A stretch of 42,904 nucleotides of DNA, taken from an uncultured bacterium (GTDB lineage: Bacteria; RBG-13-61-14; DRUE01). Position 1 is the stretch's first letter. The number at the start of each line of letters is the position of its first letter. Under the pieces are notes generated by a model. That model was not told where the DNA came from and searched no databases. It saw only the letters and a program-made list of their open reading frames with translations. The translations under genes and the position numbers were made by a program. Shown here one piece after another: positions 8,702 through 16,683 of this stretch. The stretch covers positions 1-42,904 of the forward strand of contig CAZQJX010000003.1 in assembly GCA_964592965.1 (NCBI GenBank), in the 5' to 3' direction.

Positions 8702-10365
8702 ACTTAAGGATATTCAAGCCGAGATTGATTTTAAGCACCGCTGTGTTCTTTTGGTTAATGGCACAGCTAGACACGGGACTTGAAACCCGCCTTGCCATTA
8801 TCAATGCTAATATCATCACTCTTTCTTCCAAAATTCCATTTGCCCAGGCAATGGTTATTGAAGGGGATAGAATTATTTATGTTGGAAGCACTAAAGAGGC
8901 AAGGCATAGCTGTGGAGCTCAATGCTGGATTTTAGACCTTAACGGACTTACTGTTGTGCCTGGATTTATTGATAATCATACCCATATGCTGGAAGGTGGG
9001 TTTTATTATCTTCAGCCCAATCTTTACGGCAAGACCTGCCAGGAAATAGTAGAGATTATCAAGAGGGAAGTGGCAAAAAGCCAGCCAGATGAGCTTATCT
9101 TTGCTCACAGTTGGGATTACGGCTTTTGTCCTCAACCTCATCGAAAGCTTCTTGACCCAGTAAGTCCGCAAAATCCTGTTCTGCTGGTTCAATATGGCGG
9201 ACACGCTGTCTGGGTGAACAGCTATTTTTTAAACAAGCTCGGAATAACCGCAGACACACAAGCGCCCTCAGGCGGTGAGATTGAGCGAGATGCTCAGGGC
9301 AATCCCACTGGCATTTTAAAAGAGAAATCCGCAGAATCTGCGCAAATTAAAGCTTTTTTAAGCCTGAACCGACGCCAGCGAAAAAAGGCGCTGGAAAAAG
9401 CCCTTGAGCTTTTTCGCCAAGCAGGCATTACATCAGTGCAGGATAACACTTGGGACCCCCGCGTGGTCTGGGCTTTAACTGAGTTAAAAAAAGAAGGAAA
9501 ACTCACCTGCCGAGTGACTTGCTGGGCTTTGGGTGAGATGTGGTATGGTCCAGCTTTGATGAAAATCGCCCGCTATGATTCAAAATGGATTCGTCTAGGT
9601 CCTGTTAAGCTTTTTGCTGATGGAGCGTTCTCTTCAAAAACCGCTTGGATGAGCCAGCCGTATTATGGTGAACCTGACAATTATGGAATTCCCCGCCACT
9701 CTCCTGAGGAGCTAAAAAGGCTTGTCTTTAAATTTGCCAAGAACAAAAGGCAGATTGCTGTTCATAGCATTGGCGACCGAGCAGTTAATGAAGTGCTTAA
9801 TGCCATAGAGCAGGCGCAGGCGCACTATCCTTGGGTGAAAAATCTGCGCTTTCGCATTGAACACTGCCAGATGGTTCTACCTGAGGATATAAAAAGGTTT
9901 AAAGAGCTGGGAGTGCTGGCATCGGTTCAGCCTTTTGCTCTGCGAGACCCTGAAAAAGATATAAGGATTTTGGGCAAAGAGCGTGCAGAAGAAGCATATC
10001 CATATTTAAGTTTATTAAAAGCAGGAGCAGTGGTCTCTTTTGGCTCGGATTTTCCAGCCGAGATTGATTATAACCCCTTGCTGGGAATTTATTATGCGAC
10101 TACTCGTAAAAGTAAAGATGGTAAGAGCGGTCCGCTTAAGCCCGCTGAATGCTTTACTCCGGAGCAGGCGCTTCGTGCCTACACCATTAACAGCGCCTAT
10201 GCTGAGTTTACCGAGAAAGAAAAAGGAACTCTTGAGCCAGGAAAGCTTGCTGACTTTGTTGTGCTTAGTGAAAATCCTTTGGAAGTTCCGCCTGAAAAAA
10301 TCAAGGACATAAAAGTCCTTTATACTTTTGTTGGTGGAAGGCAGGTATATCCTGAAATTTATTAA
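8698..10365 (+). CDS. Amidohydrolase family protein (amidohydrolase-3 / YtcJ-like), probably exported or membrane-anchored
   Basis: 555-aa ORF with an N-terminal hydrophobic segment. HxH metal motif GFIDNHTHM; later HSIGD and a C-terminal GSDFP motif. ATGA start/stop overlap with the upstream gene. Confidence 0.85.
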   Translation: MNLRIFKPRLILSTAVFFWLMAQLDTGLETRLAIINANIITLSSKIPFAQAMVIEGDRIIYVGSTKEARHSCGAQCWILDLNGLTVVPGFIDNHTHMLEGGFYYLQPNLYGKTCQEIVEIIKREVAKSQPDELIFAHSWDYGFCPQPHRKLLDPVSPQNPVLLVQYGGHAVWVNSYFLNKLGITADTQAPSGGEIERDAQGNPTGILKEKSAESAQIKAFLSLNRRQRKKALEKALELFRQAGITSVQDNTWDPRVVWALTELKKEGKLTCRVTCWALGEMWYGPALMKIARYDSKWIRLGPVKLFADGAFSSKTAWMSQPYYGEPDNYGIPRHSPEELKRLVFKFAKNKRQIAVHSIGDRAVNEVLNAIEQAQAHYPWVKNLRFRIEHCQMVLPEDIKRFKELGVLASVQPFALRDPEKDIRILGKERAEEAYPYLSLLKAGAVVSFGSDFPAEIDYNPLLGIYYATTRKSKDGKSGPLKPAECFTPEQALRAYTINSAYAEFTEKEKGTLEPGKLADFVVLSENPLEVPPEKIKDIKVLYTFVGGRQVYPEIY

Positions 10366-10748
10366 GTGGTTGTCTTTTTCTTGGCGGAAATATGACTCTG
10401 CACTTTTTTGAGCAAAAAAGCAGGTCCATTAATTTTGGGGATATAATCATCAGCACCGCATTGTTTGGTTAAGTTTTTCAGCTCATCTTCACTCTTATTT
10501 GAAATTAAGATAATCACGGGCTGGGAGCGTATGCTCTGCTTTAATATTTGAACCATTTTATCACCCCGCAGAGCAGGTAGCATAACATCCACTAAGATAA
10601 TATCTGGCGAGAATTGATTAATCTCTCCTGTTGTGCCAATTACTTGATTGGTGCTTTTGACCTCAAATCCCGCCTTTTCCAATACTGTTGAAAATAGCTC
10701 CAATGATACTGGGTCGTCATCAATGAGAAAAATTCTTCCTTGATGCAT
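10362..10748 (-). CDS. Single-domain response regulator (CheY-like receiver)
   Basis: 128-aa ORF. Receiver pattern FLIDDDP ... IILVDVMLP ... ILISNKS ... K. RBS gaggaggg upstream. No output domain. Confidence 0.85.
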   Translation of the reverse strand: MHQGRIFLIDDDPVSLELFSTVLEKAGFEVKSTNQVIGTTGEINQFSPDIILVDVMLPALRGDKMVQILKQSIRSQPVIILISNKSEDELKNLTKQCGADDYIPKINGPAFLLKKVQSHISAKKKTTT

Positions 10749-10764
10749 TTTCTCGCCCTCCTCG

Positions 10765-11130
10765 TTAGTGAAAAAGCCTCTCTACTTGATTAACAAAAGC
10801 CTTTGGACTAAATGGTTTGGGCACAAGCATCTGCGCGCCTGATTCTAAACATTCATTAAGCCAGCGATTGTAATCGCTAGCAGTGGTCATAACCACTTTT
10901 ATTTCTTTGCCTGTGTTTTCTGAGCTTATTCTTTTAAGAAGCTCTATGCCGTCTTTATCTTTTTGTAAGGAAATATCTAAAACCACCAAATCAGGTTTGA
11001 AATCTTTAATAAGATTCCATGCCTGACTAGTATTCTGGGCAGAAGCGGTCATCCAGCCTCTTTTGGAAAAAACCATCTCCAAAAGCTGGCAGAAAAGAAT
11101 ATCATCATCTATGATTAACACTTTATTCAA
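10765..11130 (-). CDS. Single-domain response regulator (CheY-like receiver)
   Basis: 121-aa ORF. Receiver pattern LIIDDD ... LVVLDISL ... VVMTTAS ... PKPF. It overlaps the kinase gene by 4 nt. Confidence 0.85.
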   Translation of the reverse strand: MNKVLIIDDDILFCQLLEMVFSKRGWMTASAQNTSQAWNLIKDFKPDLVVLDISLQKDKDGIELLKRISSENTGKEIKVVMTTASDYNRWLNECLESGAQMLVPKPFSPKAFVNQVERLFH

Positions 11131-12590
11131 ATTTCCTTCTCCTCAAAAGGAATCCAGAAATAAAAAGTGCTTCCTTTGCCCAGCCCATCGCTTTCTGCCC
11201 AGAGCTTGCCTTTATGACCGTCTTCAATAATCATTTTGGCAATGGCAAGACCAAGCCCGACGCCTCCGGCTTTACTTTTGTGAGATTTGCCCCGTTCAAA
11301 TTTTTTAAAAATCCTTTCTAAGTCCTCTGGCTCAATGCCATCTCCCCAATCTTGGACAAAAACCAATGCTCCCTCATTAAGGGTGGTGCTGGCAAGTTTT
11401 ATCTCGCTATTTTGCGGAGAGAATTTAATGGCGTTGTTTAAAAGGTTGATGGTGGTTTGTTTAATTCGGTCTGGGTCCAGCCAGAGCGGATTTTTACAAT
11501 GAAGCTCTTTTATGATTTTAATCTGCTTTTTATCTGCCTCTGCCTGAACCGCCTGAACCGCATCGTTTAAAATGTCATCTAATTCCGTCAGCACATAATT
11601 ATAGATGAGCTTTTTCGCCTCCAGCCTGCTTAAATCAAGAATGTCATTAACTAGACGAGCAAGCCGGCGAGATTCTTGATAAACTATTCCTATGTATCTT
11701 TTCCCTTCATCTTTTGCCAGCTCCTCCTCTTGAATAAACTCTACATAACCAAGTATGTTCGCTAATGGCGTGCGAAGCTCATGCCCAATAAGACTTAAAA
11801 ATTCATCTTTAACAACGCTTTCCTCTTGGAGCTGGGAAAGCTCTTGCTTGAGCTCCTCTATTTGATTTTGGAGCCTGGCTTTTGATTCTTCTTCTCTCAA
11901 CCAGCGGACAACTCCTAAAATACCAACCAGAATTCCCCTTTCCCTTATGACCGCACCATTGAAATTGGCTTTTATAACCTTGCCTTCTCGGTCTTTCAGG
12001 TTGATTTCAATATCTCGCACCTTTCCATATTTCATTATTCTGGCAAACCGATAGGTAGCCTTTTTAATCTCAAACGGTTCCTGCGAAAATATCCTTCCTA
12101 CAGGAAGACCAATTAATTCAAACTTATGATACCCGAGCATCTCCGAAAGCGCCCTGTTTATCTCAACCAATTTTCCTTCGGTATCAACAATAAAAACTCC
12201 ATCTTGAATACTGGAAAGAACCGCTTCCATCGCAGGAGTAAGAGTTCGCTCCCAGTAATCATCTGCTTCTTTAAAAATCTTATCTTCCCAAAACCAAAGG
12301 ATGATTTGTTCATCTGAAATATATTCTGGACGAATCATTGCCAGACTAATCCGACCAGTTTTATCCACCAAGCGAAAGGTTTTAATCAGCACAGAAGAAT
12401 TATAGTCCAACCCCCTGAGCCATTTTTGAAAATCTCTTTGGTCTTCAGGATGGACATAGTCTATTAATCTGGTTTGACAGGGAAGCGGAAAAAAGATTTT
12501 TTCAAACCCTTGCGAGCTAAAGATTATTCTTCCTTTGCTGTCAACGAGCACAAAAGGTTGAACCTTTAATTCTTTCAAAGAGAAGTTCAT
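11127..12590 (-). CDS. PAS-domain sensor histidine kinase (cytoplasmic)
   Basis: 487-aa ORF. PAS-like segments are followed by a coiled coil. H-box SLIGHELRTPL, N-box LLNNAIKFS, G1 DWGDGI, G2 GGVGLGLAI. No obvious TM segments. Confidence 0.88.
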   Translation of the reverse strand: MNFSLKELKVQPFVLVDSKGRIIFSSQGFEKIFFPLPCQTRLIDYVHPEDQRDFQKWLRGLDYNSSVLIKTFRLVDKTGRISLAMIRPEYISDEQIILWFWEDKIFKEADDYWERTLTPAMEAVLSSIQDGVFIVDTEGKLVEINRALSEMLGYHKFELIGLPVGRIFSQEPFEIKKATYRFARIMKYGKVRDIEINLKDREGKVIKANFNGAVIRERGILVGILGVVRWLREEESKARLQNQIEELKQELSQLQEESVVKDEFLSLIGHELRTPLANILGYVEFIQEEELAKDEGKRYIGIVYQESRRLARLVNDILDLSRLEAKKLIYNYVLTELDDILNDAVQAVQAEADKKQIKIIKELHCKNPLWLDPDRIKQTTINLLNNAIKFSPQNSEIKLASTTLNEGALVFVQDWGDGIEPEDLERIFKKFERGKSHKSKAGGVGLGLAIAKMIIEDGHKGKLWAESDGLGKGSTFYFWIPFEEKEI

Positions 12591-12622
12591 AGTCGTTCGA
12601 TTATTATAAAATTATTGTGAAT

Positions 12623-12651
12623 ATTTTATCATAAAATAAAAAATATTTCAA
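12623..12651 (-). promoter_or_regulatory. Candidate sigma-70 promoter for the kinase > receiver > receiver operon
   Basis: Minus strand reads TTGAAA - 17 nt - TAAAAT, with TGa immediately before the -10 (extended -10). It lies about 32 nt upstream of ATG 12590. Motif match only, in AT-rich DNA. Confidence 0.4.
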
Positions 12652-12682
12652 TATTTTCTCAAATAAATATTTTTAAGTAAAA

Positions 12683-15223
12683 TCAAGGTGTTAGAGGGAT
12701 AATACCGGATTTTGCAGAAAATGTCTGATAGTGGATTTGCTCATTATCAATGATAAGGTCAATTTCTCCATCTTGGTCTGTGCGCAGGATTTGCGGGCAA
12801 TATTTGCGCATTCTTTGTAATGCCTGTTTTGAAGGAAAGTCTTTTGAGCAGGAGATTAGTATTAATTTTGGTGATACCGCTTTTAAAAATTCTTCGCTTG
12901 AGCTGGTTGCGCTTCCGTGATGGGGAGCGATTAAAACTTGGCTGGAAAGAAGATGGGATTTGTTTTTAACCAGCTCTTTTTCAATCTTAGCGCTGATGTC
13001 ACCAGCGATTAATAGATTAAATTTTTTGTGCGTGAATTTTATAACCAAAGAGCTATCATTAAGAGAGAGCTGTTTTAAATCTCCCTGCTTTGGGCTTAAA
13101 AAGCTAAATTCAGAATCTCCGAATCTAATTGGAGGGGTGCTGGCATCAACCCATTTGATTTTTATGTTTTTATAAGTGGCAAGGTTAATTAAATCAAGAG
13201 CGAGCGAGTTAATCTTTTTTGTTAGTAAGATTTCTTTAACTTTAAAATTTTCAATGATGTATTTTAATCCAAAAGCATGGTCAAGCTCGGGATGGGTAAG
13301 GATAATTGCGGTCAATGTTTTAATTTTTCTTTTTAAAAGTGCCCGAGCGATGATTGATTCGCCGATATCAAACTCGCCCATTCTCCCACCGCCATCTATT
13401 AAAACAGCTTTATTTTCTGGCAATTCTATTAATAAGCTTTGACCAGAACCAACATCAAAAAGATTGATTCTAAGCTGATTTTCTTTTAAATAGAATTTTG
13501 AGCAAGAGAAATAGGAAAAAAGCATAAGCCCCACTCCAAAAACCACTCCTGCAATGCCAGATATTAATTTTTTTAACTCAAAATTTTCCCTTTGAGCCTT
13601 GCCCCAAAAGTTAATAATCCAAAAGGCGGAAATTATTGCCAGATAGTATCCCAAAAATTCTTCTTTTTCTGGTGGAGGGATAAGAATTTTCGCAAAGGAA
13701 AGACGGGCAAAGAATTCAGCTATTTTCAACATTATCCCTGCTCCCCAGCCAGCAAGTTCAAAAAGCAGGCAGGAGATAGAATGAGAAAACAAAGAAAAAC
13801 AAATCCCTGCAAAACCCAAAGGCAGAAGCCAAAATCCACAAATCGGAACCAAAATCATATTGACCAAAGGGGCAAAGATATTTATTTGCATAAAATAATA
13901 AGCACTGATTGGTAGAATGAATAGTTGAATTAAAACCGTTGCTAAAAAGAGGCTATAAAGATACTGTCCAAATTTAACTCCTAGCCATTTCAGGTAAGGA
14001 ACAAATTTTCCTAGCTCCAATTTAACGAGTTCTGCCAGCTCCTGTAATTTTTTTCCACCTGCAATTCTCCATAGCCCGGGAAAATAGATAATTAAAACTC
14101 CTACTGCTAAAAATGAGAGCTGAAAGCTCGCATTAAAAACAGCAGTTGGGTTCAGGATAAGAATAATCAATCCTGCCAGTCCTAGTGCGTTGAGAAGGTA
14201 TCGGGTTCTGTAGAGAACAAGAGCAAGGAAAAGTAGCAGTATCATTATATATGCTCTGAAGGTTGGAAGTCGCATTCCGCTTAAAAGGGCATAAAAGCTA
14301 ATGGGAAAGATAGATAAAATCCCTGCCAGAGGATAAGGATTGAATCTTTTTAGAATCCAAGGCTGGAGCCGAAAAATTCCCAAAAGAATAAAAAAGCTAA
14401 ATGCACCGATTAGGGAAAGATGAAGCCCGGAAATAACCAAAATATGCCCTGCTCCTGAGTTTTGAAAAACCTTGCTAATCTGGCGAGGAATTTCAGAGCG
14501 CTCTCCCAAAAGCATTGCCAGAAGAAGTCCGGTTCTTTTTGCTCCGCTTCGCTCTATTTCTTGTTTTAATTTCTGCCTAAGCTTATCTATCAACGGATAA
14601 AAAAAGTTATTGCTCCTTTTTACCAAAAAGATAGGGCTGGGCGCGAGATGAGACGCGGAGAGATAAATTCCCATTCTTGCCAGTCGTTTGGAAGAGCTGG
14701 GCAGACCAAAATTTTTAAATCCTTTTATTGGACGGAGATAGCTCCAGACAATTATTTTATCTTTGGGAAAGAATTTTTCTTCACTGTAATAATTCAACCA
14801 GAGGTAGGTTTTTTTGAAGGATAATTCTTTGCCATCATCTATCCAGATGGTTTTTGCCAGCACCCTGCTGAATCCTTTTTTATTTTCAGAAGGAATTTTT
14901 ATTTCCAGCTTGAGCCGGAAGGGCTTTTTATCAGTTAAATTCAGCTCAGGAGGTGAGAATGAATGAGCCTGCATAAGCAAAACACCAACAGCTGATATTC
15001 CCAGCGAAAAAATCAATACCAGCATAGGATAAAAAAGATTTTTCTTTTTGCTTTTTAGAAAGATTAAAAGGGCAAAAATCCCTGCGCTCAGGCTGAAAAT
15101 TAAAATTAATTTGGTGGGCTTAAAGAAGCTAAAAGATAATATTCCTGTCAAAAGACAGACAAAAGCCCAAAAAAGCGGTGCTTTAAGAATAAAATCATAG
15201 ATGCTTTTATTTTCCCCTTTCAT
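12683..15223 (-). CDS. comEC: DNA internalization-related competence protein ComEC/Rec2 (with C-terminal metallo-beta-lactamase domain)
   Basis: 846-aa polytopic membrane ORF. The central competence-domain pattern is SGAGHILVISGLHLS. The C-terminal MBL-type motifs are ILTHPELDHAFG and LIAPHHGS. Confidence 0.9.
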   Translation of the reverse strand: MKGENKSIYDFILKAPLFWAFVCLLTGILSFSFFKPTKLILIFSLSAGIFALLIFLKSKKKNLFYPMLVLIFSLGISAVGVLLMQAHSFSPPELNLTDKKPFRLKLEIKIPSENKKGFSRVLAKTIWIDDGKELSFKKTYLWLNYYSEEKFFPKDKIIVWSYLRPIKGFKNFGLPSSSKRLARMGIYLSASHLAPSPIFLVKRSNNFFYPLIDKLRQKLKQEIERSGAKRTGLLLAMLLGERSEIPRQISKVFQNSGAGHILVISGLHLSLIGAFSFFILLGIFRLQPWILKRFNPYPLAGILSIFPISFYALLSGMRLPTFRAYIMILLLFLALVLYRTRYLLNALGLAGLIILILNPTAVFNASFQLSFLAVGVLIIYFPGLWRIAGGKKLQELAELVKLELGKFVPYLKWLGVKFGQYLYSLFLATVLIQLFILPISAYYFMQINIFAPLVNMILVPICGFWLLPLGFAGICFSLFSHSISCLLFELAGWGAGIMLKIAEFFARLSFAKILIPPPEKEEFLGYYLAIISAFWIINFWGKAQRENFELKKLISGIAGVVFGVGLMLFSYFSCSKFYLKENQLRINLFDVGSGQSLLIELPENKAVLIDGGGRMGEFDIGESIIARALLKRKIKTLTAIILTHPELDHAFGLKYIIENFKVKEILLTKKINSLALDLINLATYKNIKIKWVDASTPPIRFGDSEFSFLSPKQGDLKQLSLNDSSLVIKFTHKKFNLLIAGDISAKIEKELVKNKSHLLSSQVLIAPHHGSATSSSEEFLKAVSPKLILISCSKDFPSKQALQRMRKYCPQILRTDQDGEIDLIIDNEQIHYQTFSAKSGIIPLTP

Positions 15224-15237
15224 TAAAAAAGTAAAGA

Positions 15238-15266
15238 TTTATATGAAGCTTCCGAAAAAATATAAT
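15238..15266 (+). promoter_or_regulatory. Candidate sigma-70 promoter driving a short structured transcript
   Basis: TTTATA - 17 nt - perfect TATAAT (15261-15266). It is followed about 20 nt later by a strong hairpin plus T-tract (next feature). Confidence 0.4.
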
Positions 15267-15287
15267 GAACTCGCCCCCTCCCAAGGG

Positions 15288-15340
15288 AAAGGTCGTTGGG
15301 TGGGATTTTCCCACTCCGACCTTTTCCTCTTTTCTTTCCG
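15288..15340 (+). terminator. Orphan intrinsic-terminator-like hairpin (candidate small RNA 3-prime end or transcription attenuator)
   Basis: GGTCG (15291-15295) pairs with CGACC (15317-15321). An inner helix GGTGGG/CCCAC-t-C closes on the loop ATTTT. A T-rich tract TTTTCCTCTTTTCTTTCC follows. No plus-strand gene lies upstream, because ComEC is divergent. Confidence 0.45.
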
Positions 15341-15434
15341 TTATGCTTTTAAGAAAGCTTTTGGGTTTAGATGTAAACCTTGTCAAACCCAGTTAAATCT
15401 GTTAATTTTAAAAGGAAAAAAGGAGGTGGGCAAG

Positions 15435-15647
15435 GTGGGAGTTAATCCAAAGCTTTTGGAAAAATTGGTTTGTCCTAAATGTAAAGGTCAGCTAACAATG
15501 GTGGGAGATAATGAGGCTTTGGACTGCTACAATTGCGGGCTTCGCTACAAAATTGAAAAATATCCCAATGATGTTTACATTCCCAATATGATAATTGAGC
15601 AGGCAGAGCCTATTCCCAAAAAACAAGATGGAAATAGCCAAGGATAG
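15435..15647 (+). CDS. Trm112/YcaR (UPF0434) family zinc-ribbon protein
   Basis: GTG start at 15435, 9 nt after the RBS aaggagg. The sequence LLEKLVCPKCKGQL ... LDCYNCGLRYKI ... IPNMIIEQA matches the Trm112-like CPxC...CxxC pattern. The 148-aa ORF in the track (from 15201) is an over-extension across the promoter/hairpin region. Confidence 0.75.
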   Translation: MGVNPKLLEKLVCPKCKGQLTMVGDNEALDCYNCGLRYKIEKYPNDVYIPNMIIEQAEPIPKKQDGNSQG

Positions 15648-16683
15648 CATAACGGATGAGCAGAGCAGGATTTTGGTGGTGCAAACTGCATTTTTGGGCG
15701 ATATTATTTTAACCACTCCTCTTTTATGTGCTCTTAAACAGGTTTTTCCTAAATCTCACCTTGCTCTTCTCACCACTCCCACAGGTAAGCAGGCGCTGGA
15801 AGATTTAAAAGAAATAGATGAAATCATAAGTTATGATAAGCATCATTCTGAGCGAGGCATAAAAAATTTATTAAAAAAGGCAAAAGAGCTTCGCCAAAAG
15901 GAATTTGATTTTGCCTTAAGTCCGCATCGTTCTTATAGAACTGCGCTTCTACTTTTTTTAAGCAAAATCCCTGTGCTCGTGGGATTTGAAGATGCCAGTT
16001 TTTCTTGGATATATCATTTTCGTGTTCAGCGCGATAAAAGCCTTCATGAGGTTGAGCGCAACCTATCTTTACTTGAACCTGTTGCGGAGCTACCTAAAAA
16101 TTTTGAGCCAAAGATTACCCTTCCAAATTTTAATTCATTATCTTTGGAGCGTTTTGGCATTGGTGAGAAGAAGAGGCTAATAGGGATTTTTCCGGGCTCG
16201 GCTTGGCAGACCAAGCGCTGGCTAGCAGGCTATTATGCTAGGCTCATTGATATGATTTATCAAGAGGGAATGGGCGAGGTGATATTGCTTGGCTCAAAAG
16301 CTGATGAACCTACCTGCCGAGAAATTATCAATCAAACCAGCTCTTCTCCTTTGAATTTGGCAGGGAAAACCTCAATAAAGGATTTATTTGCCATAGTTTC
16401 TCAGCTCTCTCTTGTTATTAGCAATGATAGTGCTGGTGTGCATATTGCCAGCGGGTATTCTGTTCCTGTGGTGGTTATTTACGGACCTACTGTCCCTGAG
16501 TTCGGATTTGCTCCTTATAAAGTGCCGAACAGAATTTTGCAAAAGGAGCTTGATTGCCGACCCTGTCATCATCACGGTCCAAGAAGCTGTCCTGAGGGAC
16601 ATTTTCGCTGTATGAAAGAGATTTTACCTGAAGAGGTTTTTAAGGCAGTAAAAGATTTGCTTGAGGAACAAAAAAACAGATGA
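15628..16683 (+). CDS. Glycosyltransferase family 9 (ADP-heptose:LPS heptosyltransferase-like)
   Basis: N-terminal GT9 signature ILVVQTAFLGDIILTTPL, then FPGSAWQTKRW and NDSAGVHIA. ATG 15628 is preferred to TTG 15595. It overlaps the Trm112-like gene by 20 nt. Confidence 0.85.
   Translation: MEIAKDSITDEQSRILVVQTAFLGDIILTTPLLCALKQVFPKSHLALLTTPTGKQALEDLKEIDEIISYDKHHSERGIKNLLKKAKELRQKEFDFALSPHRSYRTALLLFLSKIPVLVGFEDASFSWIYHFRVQRDKSLHEVERNLSLLEPVAELPKNFEPKITLPNFNSLSLERFGIGEKKRLIGIFPGSAWQTKRWLAGYYARLIDMIYQEGMGEVILLGSKADEPTCREIINQTSSSPLNLAGKTSIKDLFAIVSQLSLVISNDSAGVHIASGYSVPVVVIYGPTVPEFGFAPYKVPNRILQKELDCRPCHHHGPRSCPEGHFRCMKEILPEEVFKAVKDLLEEQKNR

Noticed and set aside
15201-15434. N-terminal 78 codons of the 148-aa ORF in the track (MLLFSPFIKKVKIYMKLPKK...).
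   Set aside because: Only the last 70 codons look like a real protein (Trm112/YcaR-like). They have their own RBS (aaggagg) and a GTG start at 15435. The upstream part spans a TATAAT promoter element and a terminator-like hairpin and has no protein-like features.
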